From contig CAWDVE010000010.1 of assembly GCA_963805625.1 (NCBI GenBank), positions 96,001 through 160,000 on the forward strand: DNA of 64,000 bases, written 5' to 3'. A program made the translations under genes and the position numbers. This document shows, one piece after another, positions 9,948-21,259 of the stretch (positions are counted from its first letter, which is position 1; each line of letters starts with the position of its first letter). The notes beneath the pieces are model-generated. The model saw only the letters and a list, made by a program, of their open reading frames with translations, was not told the DNA's origin and did no database searches. This stretch comes from an uncultured Candidatus Rokubacteria bacterium. GTDB lineage: Bacteria > Methylomirabilota > Methylomirabilia > Rokubacteriales > DASRDR01.

Positions 9948-12337
9948 ATGACAGAAAAGGATTTCACAGAAGTAACGGTAAAGGAGGCGTCACACGAGGA
10001 TGCGGGGCGGGGGATAGCACGGGTCAGTATCGAGGTGATGAAAAAACTCGGGCTTGTCTCGGGAGATGTAATCGAGATCCTGGGCAAGAAGAAGGCGGCT
10101 GCCATTGTCTGGCCGGGTTTCCAGCATGATGCAGGTTACAGTATTCTTCGTATTGACGGGAATATCCGGAGCAACCTGAGTACCGGGATTGATGAAAAAG
10201 TCAGGATACGGAAATCCGAGGCCGAGTATGCGAAGAGAGTCGTGATCCAGCCTACCCAGCCCATCCGGCTGGTCGGTGGGGAACAGTACCTGTCGCGTCT
10301 CTTACGGGGCCGGGCGGTGTTTGAGGGCCAGACCCAGCGGATAGATGTGATAGGGAATTCCATCACGCTGGTAATTGCCAAGGTCCTGCCCAAAGGGATT
10401 GCCATTGTCACCGATGATACCGAGATTGAATTAAAAGAGGAACCCTACAAGGCCGAAGAAGGAAAAAAAGAGGCCTCGGACATCCACTATGAGGATATCG
10501 GTGGTCTCGGTCGCGAACTTCAGCTTGTCCGGGAGATGATCGAGCTCCCGCTCCGTCACCCGGAGATCTTTGAACGGCTGGGGATTCAGCCCCCGAAAGG
10601 TGTACTCCTGTACGGTCCTCCGGGACCGGCAAGACCCTGATCGCAAAAGCGGTCGCAAACGAGGTGGATGCTCATTTCATCTCACTCTCCGGCCCGGAGA
10701 TCATGAGCAAATATTACGGGGAGAGCGAGAAAGGGTTACGGGGAAAATTTGAAGAAGCCGAGCAGAATGCGCCTGCAATCATCTTTATCGACGAGATCGA
10801 TTCAATTGCCCCCAAACGGGCGGAAGTCCAGGGCGAGGTTGAACGTCGTGTGGTTGCCCAGCTCCTCTCGCTGATGGACGGTCTCAAAGGGCGGGGACAG
10901 GTCATTGTCATAGCGGCGACAAACCTGCCGGACTCCATCGATCCTGCACTCCGGCGGGGAGGGCGTTTTGACCGGGAGATCGAGATCGGCATTCCTGACA
11001 AGAAAGGACGGCTGGAGATCTTCCAGGTTCATTCCCGGGGCGTACCGCTGGCAGATGATGTCAGGCTCGACGAGTTTGCCAATTCGACACACGGTTTTGT
11101 CGGTGCGGATGTCGCCCTGCTTGTCAAGGAAGCCGCAATGCATGCGCTGCGAAAGGTCATTCCCCAGATCAAGCTGGACGAGGATATCCCGAATGAAGTG
11201 CTCGACCAGCTCAAAGTGACCAACGAGGACTTTGCAGAAGCCCGCAAACATGTCGAACCAAGTGCAATGCGTGAGGTGCTTATCGAAGTTCCCGATATAA
11301 CCTGGAAACAGGTCGGGGGCCTTGAGGATGTCAAACAGGAACTCAGGGAGGCGGTGGAGTGGCCGCTGAAATTCCCGGACGTGTTCGAACGGCTCCTGAC
11401 AAAACCCCCAAAAGGCATCCTGCTCTTCGGTCCTCCGGGTACCGGAAAAACCCTGCTTGCAAAGGCAGTGGCAAACGAGAGCGAGTGTAACTTCATCGCG
11501 GTGAAGGGGCCCGAACTCCTCTCGAAATGGGTCGGGGAGTCGGAAAAAGGCGTGCGTGAGATCTTCCGCAAGGCACGGCAGGCATCCCCGTCGATCATCT
11601 TCTTTGACGAGATCGACGCCCTCGTGCCCAAACGCGGGAGTTCCCTTGGATCATCCCATGTTACGGAGAGCGTGGTAAGCCAGATCCTGACCGAACTTGA
11701 CGGTATGGAGGAACTCAGAAATGTGACCGTACTTGCCGCGACCAACCGCCCGGACATGCTGGACGAAGCCCTGCTGCGCCCGGGACGCCTTGAACGTCAT
11801 ATCTATGTGCCGGCACCGGATGAAGAGAGCCGCAGGAAGATCTTTGAAGTCTATCTTGGCGGGGAGACCGGCGATATCCTGGCAAAAGATGTTGATATCG
11901 AAGCGCTGGTCCGGGAAACTGAAGGATATGTCGGGGCAGATATTGAGGCACTGGTCCGGGAAGCAAAGATGGCTGCGATGCGTGATTTCATCGTCCTGAT
12001 GGGTATAAGCACCGAGCAGGAGCGCAAAGACGCGATCAGAAATGTGATGGTTACCCGTGCTCACTTTGAAGCCGCGCTGATGAAAGTTAGGGGATCGCTT
12101 GACCGGGATGCCCTGCAGAAATCCGAGATACAGGCATGGGAGATGCTCTATAACCAGGACCAGCGCACGATTCTCACCAGAGCGCTGGCTGCAATAAACC
12201 GTGCTGCCGCATCATCCAAAAAGATTGATGAAACGCTGGTAAACGATCTCCGGAAGGCGGTATTCCAGCGGAAAAAGGATTTTACCGAGATCACAAAACT
12301 GACGGATATCCTCGAAAAGAAGATGGACAGAAAATAA
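9948..12337 (+). CDS. cdc48: CDC48/VAT AAA+ ATPase (frameshift near 10625)
   Basis: N-domain DAGRGIARV and two AAA modules ([22 protein letters not shown]). The first Walker A is broken by a missing G. Confidence 0.93.
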
Positions 12338-12380
12338 AATCCATAGATACCAGATTTTTTTATTGGTATCAAACAACTAA

Positions 12381-12414
12381 TTTATATACTATTTTATGCT
12401 AACTTAAGGTAAAT
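12381..12414 (+). promoter_or_regulatory. TATA box plus putative heat-shock operator of the small ORF-clpB unit
   Basis: TTTATATA at 12381-12388, then CTAACTTAAGGTAAAT at 12399-12414. Confidence 0.7.
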
Positions 12415-12418
12415 CATA

Positions 12419-12607
12419 ATGGTGAATCAGGATAGTGATGATCACACTCACGACAATGGTCAGGGTGTTGATCAACTGATCTCTGACGCCCTGGTGCGAT
12501 ACTTTGCCGGAGCACAAAAAAGATGGATCGTTTCACCAGACCCTTCACCTGTTCCACCAAAAATACCTGTAGCGAATGATGAACAACGAAAAAAACCAAT
12601 ATCATGA
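12419..12607 (+). CDS. Hypothetical 62-aa protein, first cistron before clpB
   Basis: ATG at the expected leaderless position after the TATA box; its stop overlaps the clpB start (ATGA). Confidence 0.4.
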   Translation: MVNQDSDDHTHDNGQGVDQLISDALVRYFAGAQKRWIVSPDPSPVPPKIPVANDEQRKKPIS

Positions 12608-15196
12608 ATTTCAACAATTTCACCATCAAATCACAGGAAGCCGTTCAGAAAGCAATGGAAATTGCAGCGGCAAAACAGAACCAGGCCATCGAGACTTCGC
12701 ATGTACTCAAAGGGATGCTTCTGGTTGACGAGAATGTCATTCCTTACCTCCTGAAGAAACTGAATGTGAACCTTGATACTTTCACCCCTGCACTCGACAG
12801 GATCCTCGATTCTTATCCCAAAGTCAGCGGCGGGGAGCAGTACCTCTCAAATGATGCCACAAAAGCCCTGCAGAAAGCCACCGCACTTTCCCAGGAATTC
12901 AAGGATGAATTTGTCTCCCTGGAGCATCTTCTCCTGGGAATTCTTTCGGTGAACGACAGCACCTCCCGGCTGCTGAAGGAGAACGGGGTTACGGAAAAAG
13001 ACCTGAAAACTGCCATCCGCCAGTTGCGGAAAGGTTAGACCGTGAACAGCCAGAACGCAGAAGAGACCTATAATTCCCTGAATAAATATGCCCGGAACCT
13101 GAATGATCTTGCCCGGACCGGGAAACTCGATCCGGTCATCGGTCGTGACGAAGAGATCCGCAGGGTGCTGCAGATCCTTTCGAGAAGAACGAAAAACAAC
13201 CCGATCCTCATCGGGGAACCCGGCGTGGGAAAAACAGCCATTGCCGAAGGTCTTGCCCACCGGATCATTGACGGGGATGTACCGGATAACCTGAAAACCA
13301 AGCAGACTCTATTCCCTCGATATGGGAGCCCTGATCGCCGGGGCTAAATTCAAGGGAGAATTTGAAGAACGGTTGAAAAGCGTGATTAAGGAAGTGATAT
13401 CTGCCGAAGGGGAGATCATCCTTTTCATTGACGAGATTCATACCCTGGTCGGGGCCGGTGCCAGCGAAGGCGCAATGGACGCTGCCAATATCCTCAAACC
13501 CGCGCTTTCACGGGGAGAACTGCATGTCATTGGTGCAACTACCCTGAAGGAATACCAGAAATATTTTGAAAAGGACAAGGCGCTCGAGCGACGTTTCCAG
13601 CCGGTGATGGTGAATGAACCGGATACGCTGGATGCCATTTCCATCCTCCGCGGAATCAAGGAGAAATACGAAACCCATCACCATGTGAGGATCAAGGATG
13701 AGGCTATCATTGCCGCCGTTGAACTTTCGCAACGATATATCTCCGACCGTTTCCTTCCCGACAAGGCTATCGACCTGATCGACGAGGCTGCATCAAAACT
13801 CCGCCTTGAGATCAACTCGAAACCGGAAGAACTGGAAATGATTGAACGCAAGATCCGCCAGCTGGAAATCGAACGGGAAGCCATCAAACGGGAGAAAGAC
13901 CAGGGAAAGCTGAAGATCCTGAATGAAGAGATCGGGAACCTGACCGAGGAACGAAACCGGTTGAAGGCAAAGTGGCAATCGGAGAAAGATCTTGTTGAAC
14001 AGATCCAGTCGCGGAAAAATGAGATCGAGAACCTGAAATTCGAGGCCGAAGGTGCCCTGCGCAGCGGCGACCTCGAAAAGGTGGCAGAGATCCGCTATAA
14101 AGATATCCCGGAGATCGAAAAGACCATCGAGGGACTGAAGGAAAAACTGACCGTGCTGCAAAAGGATTCCGCGATGGTGAACGAGGAGGTGGATGCAGAG
14201 GAAATTGCCGAAGTGGTTTCGCGCTGGACCGGAATTCCTGTGAGCAGGATGCTGCAGAGTGAAAAACAAAAACTGCTGAGCCTCGAGGCCGAACTCCACA
14301 AGCGTGTCGTGGGCCAGGATGAAGCCATCGGGGCAGTCTCCGATGCAATCCGCCGGAGCCGTGCAGGGTTGCAGGACACAAAACGTCCGATCGGATCCTT
14401 CATCTTCCTGGGGACGACCGGGGTAGGAAAGACCGAACTGGCAAAAGCCCTGGCAGAATTCCTGTTCAACAACGAGAACAGCATGGTGCGGATCGATATG
14501 TCGGAATACCAGGAACGGCATACCGTTTCGAGGCTTATCGGAGCGCCTCCGGGCTATGTAGGATATGAGGAAAGCGGGCAGCTGACAGAAGCTGTCCGGA
14601 GAAAGCCCTATTCCGTGGTATTGCTGGATGAGATCGAAAAAGCCCACCCGGATGTGTTCAACATCCTGCTGCAGGTTCTTGACGACGGCCGTCTGACAGA
14701 CAACAAGGGCCGTACGGTGGATTTCAAGAATACCATTATCATCATGACATCGAACATCGGTTCACACATCATCCAGGAAAACCTGGAGAATATCACCGAC
14801 AGAAACCGGGACGAGGTATTCGACCGCACCCGGCAACAGGTGTTCGAACTGCTGAAAAAGACCATCCGTCCCGAATTCCTCAACCGGATCGATGAGATCA
14901 TCATGTTCAAACCGCTCACGAAGGATGAGATCCAGACGGTTGTCGAGATTCAACTGGGAACCATCCAGAAAATGCTCGGGAAGAACGATATCCGGCTCAC
15001 GGCAACAAAGAAAGCCATCCAGTTCATCGCAACCCAGGGCTTTGACCCGCAATTCGGTGCACGGCCGATCAAACGTGTGATCCAGAAAAACCTGCTGAAT
15101 GAATTGTCAAAAATGATCCTGGAAGGAAAAGTGAATAAAGACAAGGAGATCGTGGTTGATGAGAAAGACGGAAATCTGATGTTCAGGAATACCTGA
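12604..15196 (+). CDS. clpB: ATP-dependent disaggregase ClpB (in-frame TAG at 13036-13038; frameshift near 13306)
   Basis: Clp N-domain, GEPGVGKT, coiled-coil middle domain, [17 protein letters not shown] and FGARP. Confidence 0.93.
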
Positions 15197-15218
15197 TCCT
15201 GAACGGTTGGCTTTTTTT

Positions 15219-15671
15219 GGCCCTTTTAAATCCTCACAATATTTTCTCAACGCTCTTTTTGGGCTAATGCATCAGCCCCCGCCGCTGTGGCATTCCCTCT
15301 GATAGCGATAATTCCAGAGAAGGTACTACACACCATCGAAAAGCGCAGGGGCGGTCCGGGGGGACAGGCACTGTCTCTCCTATAATAGGTGATTCGCGAT
15401 TTTTTGAAATCCTAGGATTTCCCCTGAAAACAGAGCAGACCGATGTGCGTAGTGGAATGTTTTTACCTCGTAATTATTTGCGATGAACCCCGCCGCCCCC
15501 GACGGGGCGCCCCCGCGGCGGATCAGTGTCTGTACGAATATTTGCAAACACCGCACTGCCCCGCCGTGCCTCGGAGAGGCCCTGAGGCGGGGGATCCTCC
15601 TGAAATTGCGTGGTTTAATGATTTTCATGGTCCGGGTGCGAACTCCTGTTCATTCCCGTTTCAACAGAGCC
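15219..15671 (+). mobile_element. MITE-like repeat copy (module A in orientation 2)
   Basis: Degenerate left TIR GGCCCTTTTAAA, intact right TIR GTTTCAACAGAGCC and all modules present. Confidence 0.85.
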
Positions 15672-15899
15672 TGTTTTTTTGCATTTCTAGGTTCCGGGGA
15701 AAAACATACCAGTTCCCTCAGAAAGGGAGATTGACCGGTACATTATTTGGTAAGGCAACATTCCGGTTTTTCGTGCCGGTATAGTCTGCAGCAGGATAAT
15801 AATCCTGATAAACCTCTGGATCAAAGGACTACTCACGGAATAGAAATCCGGCCGGATAATCGTTGAACCCCTGTTGCAAAAAGAGGATGGTGATAAAAA

Positions 15900-16809
15900 A
15901 TGATGCTCAAAGATTTTCTTGTAAGTTCGGGAACAGATGAAAAACCTCGCAGAATTAATTCTCTTTTTGAGCAGGCAGGCTCAGCTGGTGAAGAAAGGAT
16001 TTCTCGCCACCTGCATGAAAAAATCACCCGATGAATGTACCAGGAATGTCTATGGCGAAGAGCAGATGGCGCTCGACAAATATGCCGACAAGATCTTCAT
16101 TTCCGGATTACAGGAAACACGTCTTGCCCGGTATGTCGCAACCGAAGAACAGGAGCAGGTTATCGAGATAGATCATCCGAAGAATAATTTCGGGGTCGTC
16201 ATCGATCCTCTCGACGGGTCCTCGCTCATTGACGTGAACCTCTGTGTAGGATCCATCATCGGCATCTATCCCGGGCACGTGCTTGAAAAGGGGGCAAAGA
16301 TGGTTGCTGCCCTGTATATCCTGTACGGGCCTCTCACTGTCCTGACATTAACCACGGGAAAGGGAGTGCATGAATTCGTCCTCGATGATTCCGGTGAGTT
16401 TGTTCTGAAGGAGAAAGATATCAGGATTCCTGAGGGGAAAATTTACGCCCCGGGTGCCCTCAGGAAGGATTACCTCCCTGCCCATGCAAAATGGATCGAA
16501 CATCTCGAACAGGCAGGATATAAGCTTCGCTTCAGCGGCTGTTTTGTTGCAGATGTACACCAGATCCTCCACAAAGGAGGAGTGTTCACCTATCCCGGGT
16601 TCAAAGGCAGGGAAAAAGGAAAACTGAGAATGTTATACGAGGCAAATCCCATGGGAATGATAATCCATGAAGCCGGGGGGGCAATCAGCAACGGGAGGGC
16701 TGATATCCTCACTATTATTCCTGAAACCATCGCCCAGATCACCCCGATCTATGTGGGTGGTAAAAAAGAGATACGGCTGATTGAAAAGTTTATGGCTGAC
16801 GGATTATAA
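15900..16809 (+). CDS. fbp: Fructose-1,6-bisphosphatase class 1 (probable frameshift near 15942)
   Basis: [27 protein letters not shown] and [11 protein letters not shown]. The likely start MMLKDFL follows a GGTGA SD and joins through an A-run. Confidence 0.92.
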
Positions 16810-16827
16810 GAAAGGAATGATACGTAT

Positions 16828-17979
16828 ATGAAAGAAAGAGATTTTGGTCCAATCCCCGGTTCAACGATTCTTCGGGGGCTCTCCGGTCAGAAAACAATTG
16901 TTATGGCAGCGAATGCGCGAATTGCCATGGTCGCCCCGGGGATTTTCAAAGCAGCAAAAGACACTGATTCTGCAGTATTTCTGGAGCTTGCCCGGTCTGA
17001 ATGCGACCTGAAAGGGGGTTACACCGGATTAACCCCGAAGGATTTTTCAGAAAAGATGAGAGAAGCAGCGAAGGCTGCACAATTTGACACCTGGGCCCTT
17101 CATGCAGATCATATCACCATAAAAACAGGAGACAGCAAAGAGATCGAAGGAACCAAACAGTTGATCGATGCCCAGATCAATGCAGGGTATACTTCCTTTG
17201 CCATCGATGCCTCTCATCTCTTTGATTTTGAGGGAAAGACGGTCAGGGAGGAGCTGGAGCCCAATATCCGTGCAACAACGGAGCTGGCCCTGTTTATCAA
17301 GAACAGGATGAAGGGAAAGGATTTCGGTCTTGAGGTGGAAGTGGGGGAGATCGGAAGAAAGGACGGGCACGGGCTGATCCTGACAAAGCCGGAAGAGGCA
17401 GTTGAATTCATCCGTGCCCTCAATGAAAATGAGATATATCCCCAGGTGCTTGCCATTGCCAACGGGAGTACCCATGGGCACACGTATGATGAAAACGGCA
17501 ACGTTGTCGAACAACTCTCCATCGATATCCCGCAGACCCGGGCAATCGCACAGGCCCTCAGGGATAACAACCTGCATGTTGGCATCGCCCAGCATGGTAT
17601 TACCGGTACTCCACGGGACCTGATCAACCTGCACTTTCCCAAGGGAGATATCATCAAGGGAAATGTCGGCACCTTCTGGCAGGACGTGGTGTTTACCACG
17701 CTGAAGGTGTATGAACCTGCGTTATACAAAGAAATCCAGGACTGGACCCTGGCAACATACCGGGCGGCAAATCCCGGGAAAAAAGACAGCCAGATATTTG
17801 ATGGCAACTGCAAGTTTGCCATAAAAGAATTTTTCAAGGACCTGTATGCTGTCGGTGAAGATACCGAGAAGGCTATCCAGGCGATGGCATATGCTGAGAG
17901 CCTTGTCTTTTTCAGGGCGTTCGGGTCATACGGTTCTGCTTCCCGGGTGAGAAAGTATCTGAAAAATAATACACCGTAA
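16828..17979 (+). CDS. fba: Class II fructose-bisphosphate aldolase
   Basis: HADH, IDASH, EVEVGEIG, NGSTHG, QHGITG and KGNVGT. Confidence 0.9.
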   Translation: MKERDFGPIPGSTILRGLSGQKTIVMAANARIAMVAPGIFKAAKDTDSAVFLELARSECDLKGGYTGLTPKDFSEKMREAAKAAQFDTWALHADHITIKTGDSKEIEGTKQLIDAQINAGYTSFAIDASHLFDFEGKTVREELEPNIRATTELALFIKNRMKGKDFGLEVEVGEIGRKDGHGLILTKPEEAVEFIRALNENEIYPQVLAIANGSTHGHTYDENGNVVEQLSIDIPQTRAIAQALRDNNLHVGIAQHGITGTPRDLINLHFPKGDIIKGNVGTFWQDVVFTTLKVYEPALYKEIQDWTLATYRAANPGKKDSQIFDGNCKFAIKEFFKDLYAVGEDTEKAIQAMAYAESLVFFRAFGSYGSASRVRKYLKNNTP

Positions 17980-18019
17980 TATTTTAATATCACGGATATA
18001 TCTCATACTGTGAATTTTT

Positions 18020-19120
18020 ATGGCAAAGACCACGATTTCCGTCATAAAAGCTGATGTGGGAAGTTTCCCCGGCCATTCCCGCACGCACCCGAAGCTTCTG
18101 GAAAAAGCATCGAAGATGCTCAAGGACCAGGAAGGCAGGCTCCTTATCGATTCTTTCGTCACCCACTGCGGCGATGACCTCGAACTGATCATGACCCACA
18201 CCCATGGTGTTGACAATGAGAAGATTCACAAACTTGCCTGGGATGTCTTCATGGAATGCACGGCAATTGCAAAGAGCCTGAAACTCTATGGTGCCGGACA
18301 GGACATGCTCGCCGATGCGTTTGCGGGAAATGTCAAAGGAATGGGCCCCGGTGTTGCGGAGATGGAGTTTGAGGAACGGGGCAGCGATCCCGTCCTCGTT
18401 TTCATGGCAGACAAGACCGAGCCGGGGGCATGGAACTTTTTCCTGTACAAGATCTTTGCCGACCCGTTCAACACCGCAGGTCTGGTGATCGACCCGTCGA
18501 TGCACAGTGGTTTTATTTTCGAAGTGCACGACCTGTTCAAAAAGCGCCGTATCATGTTCCGGTGCCCGGAAGAGATATACAACCTGCTCGCCTACATCGG
18601 CGCACCCTCGCGCTACGTCATCAAGCACGTCTTTAAAAAGGATGGCACGATAGGTGCATCGACGAGTACCCAGCGCCTTGCCCTGCTCGCAGGGAGGTAT
18701 GTGGGTAAGGATGATCCTGTCATGATTGTCCGGTCCCAGAGCGGTTTTCCCGCTGTCGGAGAGGTCATCGAACCGTTCTGTACCCCCGTTCTTGTCGCAG
18801 GCTGGATGCGGGGATCCCACCACGGCCCGTTTATGCCGGTCGGATTGTGTGATGCCAACTGCACACGTTTCGACGGTCCGCCGCGAGTCATCTGCATGGG
18901 TTTCCAGGTATCGGACGGGAAACTCATCGGTCCGGCCGATATGTTTGATGATGTCGGGTTTGATCGGGTGCGGGCACGGTGCAATGAGATCGCTGATCTC
19001 ATCCGGGCCCAGGGACCGTTCGAACCCCACCGTCTCTCCCTCGGCGAGATGGAATATACCACCCTCCCGTCGGTAGAAAAAGATCTTGCGAAGCGCTGGG
19101 AACCGCTTCCCGAGACCTGA
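18020..19120 (+). CDS. Bifunctional FBP aldolase/phosphatase (class V FBPase)
   Basis: KADVG, GDD, YGAGQD, DKTEPGA, YVGKDDP, GWMRGSH and MEYTT. Confidence 0.95.
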   Translation: MAKTTISVIKADVGSFPGHSRTHPKLLEKASKMLKDQEGRLLIDSFVTHCGDDLELIMTHTHGVDNEKIHKLAWDVFMECTAIAKSLKLYGAGQDMLADAFAGNVKGMGPGVAEMEFEERGSDPVLVFMADKTEPGAWNFFLYKIFADPFNTAGLVIDPSMHSGFIFEVHDLFKKRRIMFRCPEEIYNLLAYIGAPSRYVIKHVFKKDGTIGASTSTQRLALLAGRYVGKDDPVMIVRSQSGFPAVGEVIEPFCTPVLVAGWMRGSHHGPFMPVGLCDANCTRFDGPPRVICMGFQVSDGKLIGPADMFDDVGFDRVRARCNEIADLIRAQGPFEPHRLSLGEMEYTTLPSVEKDLAKRWEPLPET

Positions 19121-19126
19121 TTTTTC

Positions 19127-19588
19127 GGCTCTGTCAGAGATCCTCGACACTATTTTTCTCAACGCTCTTTTAGGGCTACGGCACGTAATGCCTCCGCTCC
19201 CGCCGCTGTGGCATCTTCCTGGAGCGATAACTCCAGAGAAGGTAATACAACACCATCGCAAAGTGCAGGGGCAGTTCGGGAGACAGGCACTGTCCCTCCG
19301 ATAACAAGGATTCGCAATTTGTTGAAATCTCAGGAATTTCCCATGAAATTAAATTAAACAGATATGGGTAATGGAATGTTTATCCCTCATAATTATTTGT
19401 GATGAACGCCGCCGCCCCCGAAGGGACGCCCCCGCGGCGGATCAGATCCAAAGAATTTCAAACACCTCCCTGCCCCGCCGTGCCTCGGAGAGGCCCTGAG
19501 GCGGGGAGCCCTCATAAAATTACAGGGTTTAATGATTTTCATGGTCTGGGTGAGAACCATCCCGTTCATGCCCGTTTCAACCGAGACC
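19127..19588 (+). mobile_element. MITE-like repeat copy (module A in orientation 2) with flanking direct repeat
   Basis: GGCTCTGTCAGAGA...GTTTCAACCGAGACC. The 17-mer CCGAGACCTGATTTTTC occurs at 19110-19126 and 19581-19597. Confidence 0.85.
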
Positions 19589-19742
19589 TGATTTTTCTCT
19601 TTCGTTTTCTTTTTCGTTCTGTTATCTCTCTTCATTTCCCCGGTTTGGACACCATACCTATCCCTGATATTCATATGAAATGTTTCTTTGAGATCATGCT
19701 CATGAGCAAACTTTAATTATCTTACATCCCAAATTAGGGCAG

Positions 19743-19982
19743 ATGGTTAACGGAATTGTTTTGCCGATAAAAAAAGTGTTTGGCCTTGTGGATTCGAAAA
19801 TATCTGTCGAGATCAAAGACGAGGAAAAGAAACTGCAGGGGCGCCTCGTTGCCGTGGACGAGTACCTGAATATTCACATGGAAGAGACCATTGAATTTAT
19901 CAACAACCAGCGGGGAAGAAGCCTTGGCACAGTCGTAATCAGGGGCAATAATATCCTGACTATTGCGCCTCTTATCTCATGA
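19743..19982 (+). CDS. Sm-like (LSm) RNA-binding protein
   Basis: Sm1 GRLVAVDEYLNIHM and Sm2 VIRGNNI. Confidence 0.93.
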   Translation: MVNGIVLPIKKVFGLVDSKISVEIKDEEKKLQGRLVAVDEYLNIHMEETIEFINNQRGRSLGTVVIRGNNILTIAPLIS

Positions 19983-20341
19983 GCGGACAAGGTGGTCACG
20001 TGGAAGATCCTGTTGATGATGCACTGAAACTGATCCAGTCGAAACCCGAAGGAATTCTCCAGAGCGAGCTCTGGAAGGAACTGGGGGTTGACAGCCGCAA
20101 ATGTTCGCGGATTGTCAAGAAACTTGAAGATGGCGGGCTCATCGAAAGGTCCGAGTTCAGGAAAGACGGGATCAAAACCTATCTCCTGCGTGCAAAACAG
20201 ATGCCGGTGAATCCCTGCGACCTTCTCGCCGGTGATGAATTAATTCCCTGTATCAACTGCGAACTCGAATGTATCGTTGAGGAATGTCATCCGCTCATGG
20301 ACTGGATGTACCAGCTGGCCATCGTCCATCATACGGAATAA
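19979..20341 (+). CDS. Winged-helix protein with C-terminal 4-Cys cluster (RPC34/TFE-beta-like)
   Basis: GILQSELWK...SRIVKKLE wHTH and PCINCELECIVEECHPLMDW. Confidence 0.75.
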   Translation: MSGQGGHVEDPVDDALKLIQSKPEGILQSELWKELGVDSRKCSRIVKKLEDGGLIERSEFRKDGIKTYLLRAKQMPVNPCDLLAGDELIPCINCELECIVEECHPLMDWMYQLAIVHHTE

Positions 20342-20434
20342 TTTTCTTTTTTTCCCTGGTGAAGTGATTACTGGTCGATGTAATCATTTCGATATGCTCA
20401 TAACCAGAATCAGCAGATCTTTATCCTGTTTATT

Positions 20435-20959
20435 ATGAACCGATACAGGATTCCGCTTATACTCCAGTGCCTTGTTTTTTTGATCCCTCTGAATATCTTC
20501 ATGTGGGGAGACTGGATTATTGTTGATCTCCAATGGGCGTTCTTCCGATTCCAGAGTTCGCCCTACGGAGACAGTCTGATTCCCATCTATAAGGATATCA
20601 GTTATATCCTGCTCGGTCAGACCTCGGGAATTCACCCTGTTCTTGCTGTCGTGTTCTGGGTGGCGGGAGGAGCTCTTCTTGTCATCGGTCTTTTAAGTAT
20701 ACTTTTTGCCTACATCAACGAACGACCGGATTTTATCAGGAAAACATCGATTTTCACTATTTTCGCAGGAATCTTCTTTGGTCTTTCGGCAATCGAACGG
20801 TTCGTCGGGGGTTTTGCAATTCCCGTGGGCGTTCCGGTGATCCTTATCATCGGATGGTGGATGTACCGGGAGGGATCCGGTGATGACGAAACCGATGATG
20901 AACCCGGTGATGGAAACCATGACGAACCCGGTGATGAAAAGGTGATCGGGCCTCAATAA
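20435..20959 (+). CDS. Hypothetical membrane protein with acidic repetitive tail
   Basis: About four hydrophobic segments and a DEPGD repeat at the C-terminus. Confidence 0.7.
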   Translation: MNRYRIPLILQCLVFLIPLNIFMWGDWIIVDLQWAFFRFQSSPYGDSLIPIYKDISYILLGQTSGIHPVLAVVFWVAGGALLVIGLLSILFAYINERPDFIRKTSIFTIFAGIFFGLSAIERFVGGFAIPVGVPVILIIGWWMYREGSGDDETDDEPGDGNHDEPGDEKVIGPQ

Positions 20960-21259
20960 CTTTCAACATTTTTTACCAGATGATTTCACAGAAAAAGGTT
21001 TGTATCACCTGAACCGCCTGAATCCGGAAGCACTGGAGCATAATGCGACTGGTTTCCGGAACAATAAGGAATCCGGCGAGAACAGTCATTTCATCCTTCT
21101 TGTTCGTGTTGTACGTGAAATTCCGAAGGCCACCGCGTATCAATTCCCTGATTCGTATAAAAAATCAGCCGGTAACCCTGGATTCTCAACAACTATTTAT
21201 CGCACAACCTTCCACCTCATATGAGTGGACAGCACGCCATCTCCTCCGGGACAGTATCT

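Noticed and set aside
15380-15784. Recurring short ORFs such as MKIIKPxNFRRIPRLRASPRHGGA (also near 1536-1765, 9091, 19393, 30736, 35218)
   Set aside because: They are translations of the interspersed repeat. Frames and stops differ between copies, so this is not a protein family.
20880-20940. GAYGAACCCGGTGATG repeats
   Set aside because: They are coding repeats of an acidic protein tail.
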